64,000 bases of DNA, taken from NCBI GenBank assembly GCA_965248355.1, contig OZ252098.1, forward strand, positions 3,968,001-4,032,000. Direction: 5' to 3'. Origin of the DNA: Candidatus Latescibacterota bacterium (GTDB lineage: Bacteria > Latescibacterota > UBA2968 > UBA8231). The first letter of the stretch is position 1. Every line of letters starts with the position of its first letter. A program made the translations under genes and the position numbers. Under the pieces are notes generated by a model that worked only from the letters and a program-made list of their open reading frames with translations, made no database searches and was not told the origin of the DNA. Below, one piece after another: positions 29,882 through 40,800 of this stretch.

Positions 29882-32442
29882 GAGCGCAGGACCTCCATGA
29901 GGGACATGTGGGGCCGCCCGTACTCCTCGAGGCCGGCGTAGCGCACGCGGCAGTCGGGGAAGGCCTGGCGGGCGGCGGCCTCGAAGAGCCGGCCGTTGAA
30001 CCAGTCCACGGCGGAGCCGTCGAACTTGGCGGGCCCCTTGAAGCCCGTGCGGTAGAGCTTGCGGCCCCTGCGGCTCCTGCCTTGGGGGACCTCGTGGTAG
30101 TCGGCGATGACGCGCACGATGAGGTCGATGAGCTCGAGGGCCCCCCGCGGGTGCAGGAGGTCGATGAGCAGCAGGCAGCCCTCGATCGACCGGTTGGACA
30201 GGTGCATCCACACGTTGCGCGGGTACTCGGCCAGCACCTCCCGCAGGATCGCCGCCGGGTCCAGGCGGAAGCCGGCGAGGCGGGCGGAGTCGAGGAAGGA
30301 GAACCGGCCCAGGTCGGGGATGCGCAGGTAGCGCTCTTCGATCTTCAGGCCCGTGCCGCGGTCTTCCGGGTTGCCGTAGAGGTCCTGCCAGAAGTGGTAG
30401 AACCGGAAGTCCCCCTCCTCTTCGCCGAGGCGGGCGCGGAAGCGCCCGCGGTAGCGGTCGAGGAAAGCGGAGACGCCGGACCTGGAGATGGCCCCGAGGT
30501 CGTCCCGCAGCCGGGTTTCGCCGAGCCCGTAGCGCGCCGCCAGATCGGCGACCTGCCCGCCGGGCAGGTAGAGGCGGGTCTCGATGGCGAAACACTCCCC
30601 GTCGATCTGGGCGAGCTTGTCGTTGGGCAGGTTGTCGACGACGGAGGTCATGTGCACGCGCAGGATCCGGCCGCGGTAGCGTTCCAGCTCCGCCGTGGGC
30701 GCCTGCAGGTTGGCCTGCACGTAGTCGAGGCGGAACCCCCGGCGCTCGTCGCCCAGCTCGCGCCGCGCCGCCTCCAGCGCCGCCGGCGCGGCGTCGGCCA
30801 GCACGTAGCAGACCGGCCCCAGCTCGAGGCGGTCGGCGTGGGCGAAGCGGGTCACGGTGTCGATGAACTCCCGCGCGTAGTCGACGCTGGAGACGCCGAT
30901 CTCCACGTAGGCCAGCTCGGTGGCGGGGTCCTCGCCGCGCGCCTCGACGACCTGCCCCAGGAACCGGCGGGCGTTGGCGCGCACCAGCTCGACGTCGGAG
31001 TCCGGCGAGCCGCTGATGCTGTCCCGGTAGTCGCGGCCGTGGGTGCCCACGTAGGCGCGCATGTGCCGCCAGAAGGCGTCGTTGAACTGCCACACCGGGC
31101 TGCGGCTGTAGGGGACCCAGTCGCCGATGACGGCGCCGCCGGCGCTCTCCGTGGAGCCGCCCTCACGGCGGCGCAGGGCGGCGCGCACCGCCTCTTCGAG
31201 GGCCGGTCCCGTGTCGAGCTGGCGCACGTCGAGGGCCAGCTCCCACGTCTTCTCGGCATCCCCCCCGGGGCCGACGAAGGGCCGGTAGGCTATGGGCACG
31301 CGGAAGTGCTGGGCGTAGGTGATGCGGTTCCAGTAGGTGCGGAAGGCGGACGCCCCGGCCTCGGTCTCGACGACGCGCTCGAGGCTGCGCAGGGCGCCGC
31401 GGAAGGAGCGCACGTAACCGTCGTCGCGCAGGCCGGGCTCGTGGACCACGGAGACCCCCCGCGCCTCCAGGTCGGCGCTCAGCCGGTCCACGTCGGACCG
31501 GGCCCGCTCGCTCGGCGCCAGGCCGGCCGCCGACAGCACCGGCAGCAGGTCGGCGGTGCCGCTGATCGGCATCAGGTGGATGCCGGCCGCTCCGGGAAGC
31601 TCGCGGATGCGCCGGATCAGGCCGGCGGACCAGCCGCGCCTGAAGGCCGTGAATCCCTCCTCGTCGAGGTCGCGCTCGGCCGTTCGGTAGTCGCGCAGCA
31701 GGGCCCGGGCCTCCGCGGATCCCGTGCCGCAGCCGACGAGGAAGAACCAGAACCGGAGCATCCCCGCCGAGCCGGCCACGGGAACGCCCACGACCAGGGG
31801 CGTCCCCGTGAGGCCGCGCTTGTGGGCGAGTTCCCACCAGGCCTCGTAGCGCTCCCACAGCAGCGGCGGCTGCAGCAGGACCGCCTGGGCGCCGGCGTCG
31901 ATCTTGCGGGCCAGCCGGTCGACGCGCGCCTCGACCCGGCCCACGAGGGGGTTCTCCACCGCCCACACCGGAAGCCCCTCCGGCAGTTGCCCGGACTCGC
32001 CTAGGCGGCGCACCAGCGCCAGGGTGCGGAAGGAGTCCATCGGCAGCAGGGAGGCCCCGCCCGGGACCGCCCCCAGCCCCCGCCGCACCAGGTCTCCCCC
32101 GGAGAGCACCAGCAGGCCGCGGGCGCCCCCGCTCACGGCCCTCAGGATGCGGGCCTCCACCGTGCCGCGGGTACGCGTCCCGGCCGAGATCGTGACGATC
32201 GGCTCGCGGGTCTCGGCCAGGGTGTCGAAGAGGCTCTTCGGCCGCTGGCGGCGCCCGAAGAGGCGCACCGCGTCGCCGAGGCGGCCCACGAGGGGGATGT
32301 CGGGCAGGGTGACGGCGTCGATGGCGCCGCGTTCGATCAGGCGGCCGTAGCGCCGCGCCTGGGCCGGGTGGGTCTGCTCGGCGGTGACGACGAACAGGCC
32401 GCGCCGCAGCCGGTCGGCGACGGCCGGGCCGGCGGCGGTCAC
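29878..32442 (-). CDS. MTHFR-like TIM barrel fused to a class I SAM-methyltransferase-like domain (854 aa)
   Basis: GTGA overlap; VVTAE, AVTLPD, LVLSGGD, RKIDAGAQAVLLQ, GIHLMP in N half; YVEIG, YVLAD, VVDNLPND in C half. Confidence 0.6.
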   Translation of the reverse strand: MTAAGPAVADRLRRGLFVVTAEQTHPAQARRYGRLIERGAIDAVTLPDIPLVGRLGDAVRLFGRRQRPKSLFDTLAETREPIVTISAGTRTRGTVEARILRAVSGGARGLLVLSGGDLVRRGLGAVPGGASLLPMDSFRTLALVRRLGESGQLPEGLPVWAVENPLVGRVEARVDRLARKIDAGAQAVLLQPPLLWERYEAWWELAHKRGLTGTPLVVGVPVAGSAGMLRFWFFLVGCGTGSAEARALLRDYRTAERDLDEEGFTAFRRGWSAGLIRRIRELPGAAGIHLMPISGTADLLPVLSAAGLAPSERARSDVDRLSADLEARGVSVVHEPGLRDDGYVRSFRGALRSLERVVETEAGASAFRTYWNRITYAQHFRVPIAYRPFVGPGGDAEKTWELALDVRQLDTGPALEEAVRAALRRREGGSTESAGGAVIGDWVPYSRSPVWQFNDAFWRHMRAYVGTHGRDYRDSISGSPDSDVELVRANARRFLGQVVEARGEDPATELAYVEIGVSSVDYAREFIDTVTRFAHADRLELGPVCYVLADAAPAALEAARRELGDERRGFRLDYVQANLQAPTAELERYRGRILRVHMTSVVDNLPNDKLAQIDGECFAIETRLYLPGGQVADLAARYGLGETRLRDDLGAISRSGVSAFLDRYRGRFRARLGEEEGDFRFYHFWQDLYGNPEDRGTGLKIEERYLRIPDLGRFSFLDSARLAGFRLDPAAILREVLAEYPRNVWMHLSNRSIEGCLLLIDLLHPRGALELIDLIVRVIADYHEVPQGRSRRGRKLYRTGFKGPAKFDGSAVDWFNGRLFEAAARQAFPDCRVRYAGLEEYGRPHMSLMEVLRS

Positions 32443-33218
32443 GTCCCGCGGCTGGCGGCGTACTCGCGCAGGGCGGCCACGTGCGACGTCACCACCTGCA
32501 GGCCGTAGGCCAGGGGGGTGCCCACGTTCAGGAAGCGGTAGCCCCAGTCGATCTTCTGGCGGACCTCGTCGGGGTCGACCAGGGTCGTGCCCGTGACGAT
32601 GCCGGTGCCCTCCAGCCGGCGGGGCAGCTCCTCCATGATGCTCTGCACCTCCTGCGAGCCCGTCTGTCCCATCACCCCCAGCGACGCCGACAGGTCCAGG
32701 GGCCCCACGAGGAGGATGTCGATGCCGGGCACCTGGGCGATCTCGTCCACGCTCTCCCAGGCCTGGGCGCTCTCCAGCTGGCAGACGAGCAGGGTCTCGT
32801 CGTTGGCGGTGGTGAGCACGTGGTCCCAGTCCTCGCCGGCGATTTTCGTCCACAGGGGGGACAGGCCGCGGTTGCCCTCGGGCGCGTAGTGGGCGGCGTC
32901 GACGGCCCGGGCCGCCTCCTCGGCGGAGTTGACCTGGGGGATCATGACCAGCACGGCGCCCACGTCGTAGGCCTTCTTGATCAGGGCCGGATCGTTGTTG
33001 GCGACCCGGATCAGGGGCGCCACGCCCCGCTGCCGGGCGAGGACGGGGATGACGTCGAGGGCCTCGGTCCCGTAGGGCATGTGCTCGGTGTCGATCCACA
33101 GGAAATCGATCCCGGTGCCGAGGGTGGGGCCGGCGATGTGGGGGGCGAAGGCGGGCAGGCCGGTGCCGAAGACGACCTGCCCGTCGGCGAGCTTCTGCTT
33201 GATCGGGTTGGGGTACAT
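32439..33218 (-). CDS. HpcH/HpaI aldolase family protein
   Basis: DFLWIDTEH, D.GA..VMIPQV, YAPEGNRG, CQLES, VGPLDLSASLG. Confidence 0.92.
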   Translation of the reverse strand: MYPNPIKQKLADGQVVFGTGLPAFAPHIAGPTLGTGIDFLWIDTEHMPYGTEALDVIPVLARQRGVAPLIRVANNDPALIKKAYDVGAVLVMIPQVNSAEEAARAVDAAHYAPEGNRGLSPLWTKIAGEDWDHVLTTANDETLLVCQLESAQAWESVDEIAQVPGIDILLVGPLDLSASLGVMGQTGSQEVQSIMEELPRRLEGTGIVTGTTLVDPDEVRQKIDWGYRFLNVGTPLAYGLQVVTSHVAALREYAASRGT

Positions 33219-33237
33219 GCGGTCTTCCTTGAGCGCG

Positions 33238-34047
33238 TCAGGCGCGCAGGGTCATGAGGATGAAGGCCCCCAGCCCGACGCGGTAGGCGGCGAAGGGAAG
33301 GGTGCCGAAACGTTCGAGGAGGCGCAGCAGCAGGCCGATGGCGGCGTAACCGCTGACCGCGGCGGCGCCGATGCCGAGGGCCAGGTTCCACAGCTGCCCG
33401 GCCCCGGGGCCGGCGCCGAGCAGCTCCAGCAGCTCGAGCAGGCCCGCGCCGGTGATGGCGGGCAGCCCGAGGAGGAAGGCGAACCTCGCCGCCTGCTCGC
33501 GGCGCAGACCGACGAGCAGTCCCGCCATGATCGTCGAGCCCGACCGCGACACCCCCGGGATCAGGGCCAGGGCCTGGCACAGGCCGATGAGCTGGATGCG
33601 CCAGAAGGTGAGCTCGGTCAGGCCGCGGTCCCGGCGCCCGAGGCGCTCGGCCAGCAGCAGGCCGGGGGCCAGCAGGATCAGGGCCCAGGCGATGACCGGG
33701 AGGGCCCGCGCCTCGGTGGCGATGAACTCCTTCAGTCCGAGGCCGAAGACGACGGCGGGCACCGTGGCCGGCAGGATCGCCCAGGCGGTGAAGCAGTCGG
33801 GGGAATGGCGCAGGTCCCGGCGGCGGAGCCCCGTGACGGCGGCCCCCGCGAGGCGGCGGATGTCCCCGGCGAAGTAGACGACCACCGCCGCCAGGGTGCC
33901 GAGGTGGATGGCGGCCGAGAAGGCGAGTCCGGGATCGCCCCACCCGAGGTAGTGGGGGACGATGCGCAGGTGGGCGGTGGAGGAGACGGGAAGGGTTTCG
34001 GTGAGACCCTGGACGAGGCCGAGAACGACGGACTGGAAGGGGGTCAT
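33238..34047 (-). CDS. uppP: Undecaprenyl-diphosphate phosphatase
   Basis: QGLTETLPVSSTAH, IHLGT, PGVSRSGSTI, FAAYR. Confidence 0.95.
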   Translation of the reverse strand: MTPFQSVVLGLVQGLTETLPVSSTAHLRIVPHYLGWGDPGLAFSAAIHLGTLAAVVVYFAGDIRRLAGAAVTGLRRRDLRHSPDCFTAWAILPATVPAVVFGLGLKEFIATEARALPVIAWALILLAPGLLLAERLGRRDRGLTELTFWRIQLIGLCQALALIPGVSRSGSTIMAGLLVGLRREQAARFAFLLGLPAITGAGLLELLELLGAGPGAGQLWNLALGIGAAAVSGYAAIGLLLRLLERFGTLPFAAYRVGLGAFILMTLRA

Positions 34048-34119
34048 GTCGTCGGCGTCGGCATCATGGCGCGGTCAATCTATTGCGCGGGCGAGGCGCC
34101 GACCACGCCGCCCAGCCCT

Positions 34120-34175
34120 TCAGGGGACCAGGCGCCGGCACTCCCGGTGGTGGCGCTTCTCCCCGGTCGCCGAGG
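34120..34175 (-). repeat. Degenerate third copy of the DUF1015 gene 3' end
   Basis: Translates GEKRHHRECRRLVP* versus EEKRYYMECRRLGA*; adjacent spacer resembles the one at 35262-35443. Confidence 0.6.
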
Positions 34176-34331
34176 GCGACGCAGGCCGATTGCGGCGTGG
34201 ACGGGTCGAGGGCTGCGGCGTCGGTCGGGGCGGACGGCTGCCGGCGTCGCAGAGGCCGGGCGGGACTACTCAGCCGCTCTTCCGGCTGAATTGAGATGGC
34301 GCGAAGGAGATGGCGACGGCCCGGCGCAGGC

Positions 34332-35093
34332 TCACGGAGACAGGGTCGACTTCACCCCGCCCCAGGTGGCCGGTGTGACGGGGGTGGCGGCGTCGATGCG
34401 GCGGTAGGCCAGCGGCTCCGCCTCCTGGAGCAACAGGGCGATCTCAGAGAACGGTGTCCCTTGGAGGACCAGGACCTCGCCGTCATCCTGAAGCTCGTAG
34501 ACGGCGGGAGGGGCGTTCCGCAACGTGAGGAATGGCTCGCGGGACCCGGTCTCCTGTTGTATGGTCGTCTGTATGGCCGTGAGTTCCTGCTCGAGGGCCA
34601 GGCGGTCCTCCTCGGGGAGATCGCTTTCCTCCAGGACCCGGAGTGCAGCCTCCCAATGGAAAGCGAACTTGGCCCAGAAGAAGTTCATGAACTCGGCCCA
34701 ATCCCTGTCGTCGTAGGAGAGGCGGAGTGAGACCCACTTCAGCCGGAGGCTGTCGCCGAAGGCCGTGTACGTACCGGAGCCGAGGATGGACCTGGCATCC
34801 AGCGGGGTCTCGGGCAAGGCTTCCCGGTACAGCTGGATCAGGGTCTTGACATCGGCAACCGACACTTCGGCGTCTTTGCTGAAGACGGCATGGAGCCTCG
34901 CGTACTCTTCGGTCCGGACGCTGCTGAACTCGAAGGTACCGTCCTCCAGGAAGACCAGGCGTGTGGTGAACGGAGCTCCGTAGCCGTCGTCGCCGCTCGC
35001 CTCCCAAGTGCCGACGAGGCTCTCTTCCAGGGCGGCCAGCGGGGGGACGAACAGGGCGAGGAAGAGGATGGAAGGCAGGGGATTGCGGAGCAT
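34332..35093 (-). CDS. Secreted protein with C-terminal TWGGVK motif (paralog B)
   Basis: RBS AAGGAGG; signal peptide MLRNPLPSILFLALFVPPLAA; LVGTW lipocalin-like start; ends TPATWGGVKSTLSP. Confidence 0.8.
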   Translation of the reverse strand: MLRNPLPSILFLALFVPPLAALEESLVGTWEASGDDGYGAPFTTRLVFLEDGTFEFSSVRTEEYARLHAVFSKDAEVSVADVKTLIQLYREALPETPLDARSILGSGTYTAFGDSLRLKWVSLRLSYDDRDWAEFMNFFWAKFAFHWEAALRVLEESDLPEEDRLALEQELTAIQTTIQQETGSREPFLTLRNAPPAVYELQDDGEVLVLQGTPFSEIALLLQEAEPLAYRRIDAATPVTPATWGGVKSTLSP

Positions 35094-35261
35094 GGGACGC
35101 CTCCTTGTCGCGGGGCCATTCGACTTCATGCTGCCGGGGATAAGCGACGCTTTGGGAGTGATTGCAGTCAAGTGGCCGTCAGGCGCCGAGGCGCCGGCAC
35201 TCCATGTAATACCGTTTCTCCTCGGCCTCGCCGAGGGAGAAGCTCTTGCGCGGCAGGGGGC
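34995..35261. repeat. Direct repeat of about 36127-36392 (paralog 5' end, intergenic region, last 83 bp of DUF1015 gene)
   Basis: 35179-35261 is identical to 36310-36392 by eye; the rest is near-identical. Confidence 0.9.
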
Positions 35262-35443
35262 TTCGCGTCCAGGGCGACTCAGGGCCGCTTGCGGTCGCGG
35301 ACGGGTCGAGGGCTGCCGGCGTCGCGGGCGAGGGGCGCCCTGCGTCGAGGGGAACTTCGGGCCCCTCGCGGGTCGGACAGCCTCAGCCGTTTACTCGGCT
35401 GTACTCGATGGCGTGAAGGAGATGACGGAGGGCCGGCGCGGGT

Positions 35444-36226
35444 TCACGGAGACAGGGTCGCCGTCACGCCGCCCCAGGTGGCCGGTGTGACGGCGCTGGC
35501 GACATCGATGCGGCGGTAGGCGAGCGGCTTGGCCTGCGGTCTGGCCCGCGGCTCCGCCTCCTGGAACAGCAGGGGGTCATGGAACGGGGGCCCTTCGAGG
35601 ACCAGGACCTTGCCCTCATCTCGAATGTCGTAGGTGGTGGACGAGGGTTCCTGCAGCCCGGCGAGGAGTGCCTCCGTGGTCAACATAAGGTGGTAAAGGG
35701 TCGTGAGCTCCTGCTCGAGCGCCAGGCGATCCTCTTCGGGGAATTCGAGATCCTGTGCGGCACGGACTTCTGTCTCCCAGTTGAGCCCGAACTGGGTCCA
35801 GAACGGGACTAAGAATTCGCTGAAGTCCTTGTCGTCGTAAGTGATATCGAGAGCGACCCATTCCAGCCGGAGGCTGTCCCCGGAGGTTGCGTACGTACCG
35901 GAGCCGAGGAAGGAACTGGTATCCAACGGGGTCTCGGGCCAGGCGTCCCGAAACAGCTGGTTCAAAGCTTCGGCGTCCGCAGCGGTGAAGTCGTCGTCTT
36001 CCTCGAAGACGAGTTGCGGCGGTCTCAAGTACCCATCTGCGGTGCGCCAGACGCTGCTGAGCTCGAAGGTGCCGTCCTCGAGGAAAATCAAGCGTGTGGT
36101 AATCGAACCTGCGTCGTCCACTTCGTCGCTCGCCTCCCAGGTGCCGACGAGGCTCTCTTCCAGGGCGGCCAGCGGGGGGACGAACAGGGCGAGCAAGAGG
36201 ATGGAAGGCAGGGGATTGCGGAGCAT
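35444..36226 (-). CDS. Secreted protein with C-terminal TWGGVT motif (paralog A)
   Basis: Nearly identical RBS and signal peptide to paralog B; diverged middle; ends TPATWGGVTATLSP. Confidence 0.8.
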   Translation of the reverse strand: MLRNPLPSILLLALFVPPLAALEESLVGTWEASDEVDDAGSITTRLIFLEDGTFELSSVWRTADGYLRPPQLVFEEDDDFTAADAEALNQLFRDAWPETPLDTSSFLGSGTYATSGDSLRLEWVALDITYDDKDFSEFLVPFWTQFGLNWETEVRAAQDLEFPEEDRLALEQELTTLYHLMLTTEALLAGLQEPSSTTYDIRDEGKVLVLEGPPFHDPLLFQEAEPRARPQAKPLAYRRIDVASAVTPATWGGVTATLSP

Positions 36227-36309
36227 GGGATGCCTCCTTGCCGCGGGGCCATGCGGCTTCATGCTGCCGGGGATAAGCGACGCTTTGGAGTGATTGCAGT
36301 CAAATGGCG

Positions 36310-37665
36310 TCAGGCGCCGAGGCGCCGGCACTCCATGTAATACCGTTTCTCCTCGGCCTCGCCGAGGGAGAAGCTCTTGCGCGGCAGGGGGCCCGTGCGC
36401 AGCACCGTGCGGAACAGGGCGTGCTTGTCGATCGAGCGGGAGAGCAGCCCCGCGTTGCCGGGGCGCGCCCCCAGCTCGGTCACCTCCTCCTCGCCGTGGA
36501 TGTAGTCGAGGCGCAGGTCGCGGCGGGAGGCGAGGTCGGCCAGGAAGGCGTCCAGGGAGATGGCCTCGAGGTCGTGCCGGGGGTCGTGGACCACGACGAT
36601 CCCCCACCGTGGCGCGCCGTCCTCCCGGCCGGCGACGAAGGGCAGGTGGTGCAGGCCCCTGTTCGCCATTCCGGCCCGGGCCCGGCGCCAGGAGGCGGGC
36701 GAGTCGAAGGCATCGATCTGCGCGCGGGAGCCCTGCCCCCGGAAGAAGGCCTCCATCTCCCGCCCCAGCTCCCCGCCGTCGACGCCGAAGAGCACCCGGT
36801 GAATGGGCTCGAAGCGCAGCCCGGGGTCGTGCACGTTGACCAACTCCACGAGGGCGTGCCGCGACGGGTGGCCGGCCGCCGCGTCGAGACCGCCGGCCCG
36901 GTCCCTGGTCCCGTCCCACACCTGCCGGGCCGCGGCGAAGGAGTGGTTGCCGTCGCCCATGGCGTAGAGCGCCGGGGCGCCGGTCTCGAGGCCGTAGCGG
37001 TCGGCCAGGGTCTCCGGCGCCGCCAGGCGGGTCAGGGCATCGGCGACCTGGCGGATCGCGTCTCCACCGGTCACGTGCCAGCCGCGCACGCGGCCCCCGC
37101 CCAGCATCAGCTCGGTGTCGTAGAGCAGGGGCAGCGTCCGCTCGAAGAGGGGCTCGATGACCGTGGCCTCCGGATCGTCGATGAGGACGAGGATGTGGGG
37201 GATCTCCAGGGCCGCCCCCTCGCGGACCTCCACCCGCGGCGGCAGGCGCCCGGGGTCGGTGCCCTCCGTCGTGCGGATCAGGGTCCCGGCGTCGGGGGCG
37301 AAGCTGTACTGCTCCAGGTCGAGAGCCGCCATCAGGCCCTTGCGGGAGGCGGCGTGGGGGGTGCGGCGGTCGACCAGCACAAAGCCGGGCTCCAGAGGCT
37401 GCAGGACCCCGTCCCGGAGGTAGCTCTCCATGCGCTCGTGGATGCGGCGGATGCGGCCGCCGCGGCCGGGCGCCTCGAGGAAGGCCTCGGGCAGCACCAG
37501 GTGCAGGGCCGAGGGCCGGCTCCCCACGAGGCGGGCGGCCTCCTCCCAGTACTCCGGGTTCGAGGTGTGCTGGTCGCAGGCGATGACCGCCCACTCCTCG
37601 AGGCCCACGTCCGGGCGCGGCAGCAGCACGCGGGGCACGCTCAGACCGATGCCGGGGAAGCGCAT
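36310..37665 (-). CDS. DUF1015 family protein
   Basis: WAVIACDQ.TS, IRTTEGT...RLPPR, LE.PHILVLIDD, LYAMGDGNHS, LPRKSFSLGEAEEKRYYMECR. Confidence 0.85.
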   Translation of the reverse strand: MRFPGIGLSVPRVLLPRPDVGLEEWAVIACDQHTSNPEYWEEAARLVGSRPSALHLVLPEAFLEAPGRGGRIRRIHERMESYLRDGVLQPLEPGFVLVDRRTPHAASRKGLMAALDLEQYSFAPDAGTLIRTTEGTDPGRLPPRVEVREGAALEIPHILVLIDDPEATVIEPLFERTLPLLYDTELMLGGGRVRGWHVTGGDAIRQVADALTRLAAPETLADRYGLETGAPALYAMGDGNHSFAAARQVWDGTRDRAGGLDAAAGHPSRHALVELVNVHDPGLRFEPIHRVLFGVDGGELGREMEAFFRGQGSRAQIDAFDSPASWRRARAGMANRGLHHLPFVAGREDGAPRWGIVVVHDPRHDLEAISLDAFLADLASRRDLRLDYIHGEEEVTELGARPGNAGLLSRSIDKHALFRTVLRTGPLPRKSFSLGEAEEKRYYMECRRLGA

Positions 37666-37897
37666 GCCGGCAGAGTGTAGCCGCCGCCTCCGGGGGCGAC
37701 AACGGCGGTCGCGGTGCTGGCTCGCCGCCGACGGCCGGGGTAGCTTGGGGAAGCCGCTGCGCAGCGGTGCCTGGTAGCCACCGTCGACGCTCTCGACGCC
37801 GTGGCGCTGGAATCTCGATGTGGACCACGCGGCGAGCCGGACGACGCGGATGGGCGACCGGCCGGTGCGCGCCTCCCTCGACTCCGGGGATCGATCC

Positions 37898-40800
37898 ATG
37901 AGGGTACTCGGGACCTTGCTGCTCCTGCTGACGGTGGGCGCCGCGCTCCCGGCCGCCGCCGAGGCGTCCGGCTGGCTGCAGCTGCGCGGAGACCGGCACA
38001 TGAGCGGCCACGCCGACGGCACCGGCCGCATGGGGGACGGCCCCCCCGTCGAGGCGTGGCGCCATGACATCGCCGCCTGGGAGGGCTACGCCTCGGTGAC
38101 CCAGGGCGCGGGAGAGCCTCTCCTGCAGCTGCCCTTCCCCGGGGGCTTCGATGCCGGCTGGATCGGCCGGGAGCAGGCGGCCTGGGGGTTGGGTGGTCCG
38201 CTTCACGACATGGCCGGGGACGGCACCCTCGTCCGCATGCCGGTGGACAACCTCTTCAAGGTGGCCAAGGTCCTGGCCGACGTGCCCGGCCTGCAGCGCT
38301 TCGAGATGGGCGACTCCTTCTCCGACGGTGGAGCGGAGCCCAAGCGGGGCCGGCTGCTCGCTTGGGACACGGGCGAGCCGCGGGTCGTGTGGGAGACGGA
38401 GCCCTTCGAGGACACCTGGGCCCCGAACGTCCTCGTCGTCGACGCCGACGACGACGGACAGCTCGACCTGGCGGTGGCCACCCACTACCGCATCCTCGTC
38501 TTCGACGGCGCCACCGGGGCGACGATGATGGAGTTTCGCTACCACGGCTACCGCAACTACGGCCACTTCGCCGCCGCCGACATCGACGAGGACCCCTTCC
38601 CCGAGTTCGCCGTGGTCGCCGACTTCAGCATGCACGCCGAGGTCATCGACAACGACGGCAGCCGCCTGACCCTGCGCTGGATCCGCGAGATCCAGCCCGA
38701 TCCCGCCCAGTCGACCAAAGTCGTGCGGCCCCGGCCGTCGACCTTCCTCGACGCCGACGGGGACGGCAGGGTGGAGGTGGTCTACAGCGTCTACGACGAC
38801 ACCGGGGACCGCCGCTGGCACACCATCGCCGTCGACGCGCTCAGCGGCGAGACGGTCTACGACTTCCCCGGGCAGTACCTCCACGGACTCCACGACATCG
38901 ACGCCGACGGCCGGCCGGAGTGGTTCCTGTCGGAGGCCGAGGGGGAGGCCCTGCCGCCCCATGCGCCGCTCTCGGTGCGAACCCTCGACGACGGCAGCTA
39001 CCTGGAGCGCTGGCGCCACGACCGGGGCGCCTTCAGCAGCCGCCTCGTCGACGAGCTGCCCCTGACGGTGAGCACGAGCGCCGCCGACGGCCTGCGCACC
39101 GCGGTCACCGGGGACGCCGACGGCGACGGCCGGGCCGGCTTCTTCGTGGTCACCCCCGCCGGCGAGGGCGAGGCGCTGACGGCCTGGGGCGCGGACGCCG
39201 GGGGGACGGTGCAGGCCCTGTGGACCCTCCAGGGCCCGGCGGGGGCCGGTCCGCAGGCGGCGGCCGTGGCCGCCGGGGAAGGAGAGCCCGCCACGCTGGT
39301 CTGGTGGAAGGGCCGGGGCGGCGCGGGGCAGTCGCTGCAGGTGGAGGGCGCCGGCGCGAGGCTGCACCAGTTCAGCCGCCAGGCCTTCACCCCGGCCGGC
39401 ACGCCGGTCGTGGCCGATCTCGACGGCGACGGCCGCGTCGAGGTGGTCGTGCAGACGGCCAACGAGGAGGTCCTGTGCCTCGAGGCGCCCCGCAGCGGCG
39501 GTGAGGGTCCCCGCGTACGCTGGCAGATGCAGGGCCACGGGCAGACGAACAACGCACCCTACCACTGGGGGGTGGTCGCCGCCGACCTCGACGGCGACGG
39601 CTCGCTGGAGACGCTCTTCGCCCGCGAGGCGCCCGGCGGCAACGCCAGCCTGGCGGCGGTCACGGCCGAGGGCCAAGTGCGCTGGCAGACCGTGTTCGAC
39701 GGCTTCGACGGCAGCATGCCGATCTGGAACTTCAGCGGCCTCTCCTACTGGAACGCCGGCCACTTCCGCGAGGCGGGACGGAAGGACGTCTTCGTCACCC
39801 TGAGACGCGGCAAGATCGGCAGCGAGGTCGGCTTCCTGCTCGACGGCGGGACCGGCGCCGTCGTGTGGGAGAGGAACGGCTACACCCTGCCCGCCGACGG
39901 CAGCGGCCGCAGCCTCGGCGGCCATCCCAGCGCCGCCGGGGACGTCGACGGCGACGGCCTGGAGGAGATCGTGGTCATGTGGCCCGACCGCCTGCACGTG
40001 ATCGACGGCGTCACCGGCGAGGCCGAGGCCGTGCGCCAGGCCTACGGGTATACGGACGGGCTGTCGCCGATGTTCTCCTCCGACGGTTTCGTGGGATACG
40101 CCTTCCCGGCGGTGGTCGACCTCTTCGGCGATTCGGCCCCGGAGCTGATCTGGGGGCACAGCGGCTACCTGAACGCCGTGCTCGCCGCCGATGGCGACGC
40201 CTACTGGCAGACGGAGTACCACAACAACACCCAGGTGCAGTCGCTCATGGCCCCGGGCGACGCCGACGGCGACGGCGACTGGGAGCTGCTGGCCTCCACG
40301 AGGGAGGGCGTGCAGCTCATCGAGCCCGAGGACGGCGCGGTGCTGCGGGAGCTGGACCTGGGCCCGGCCTCGACCGACGTGATCTCCGGCGACCTCGACG
40401 GCGACGGCCGCGACGAGTTCCTCTTCGGCCTCGGCGCCGGCTTGGCCATGGTGGAGCTGGAAGCCGGTGGGCTGCGCCGCGCCTGGACCCTGGAGACCGG
40501 GGGCCGCCCCAGCGACCCGGCCCTGGCCGACGTCGACGCTGACGGCTTCCTCGATCTGGTGGCCGCCACCACGGACGGCTACGTCAAGGCCTGGACCGCG
40601 GGCGCTCCCGGCACCGCGGTGACGGGACCCCTGGCCGTCCGCCCCGAAGCGGTCAGGCTGGAGGCACCCTGGCCGAACCCCTTCAACCACCGGGTCACCC
40701 TCGCCTACCGGATCGAGAGGGCGGGGCCGGTGGTCCTGGAGGTCTGCACCATGACCGGACAGCGCCTCCTGCGGCTGGTCGACGGCTGGAGGCCCGCCGG

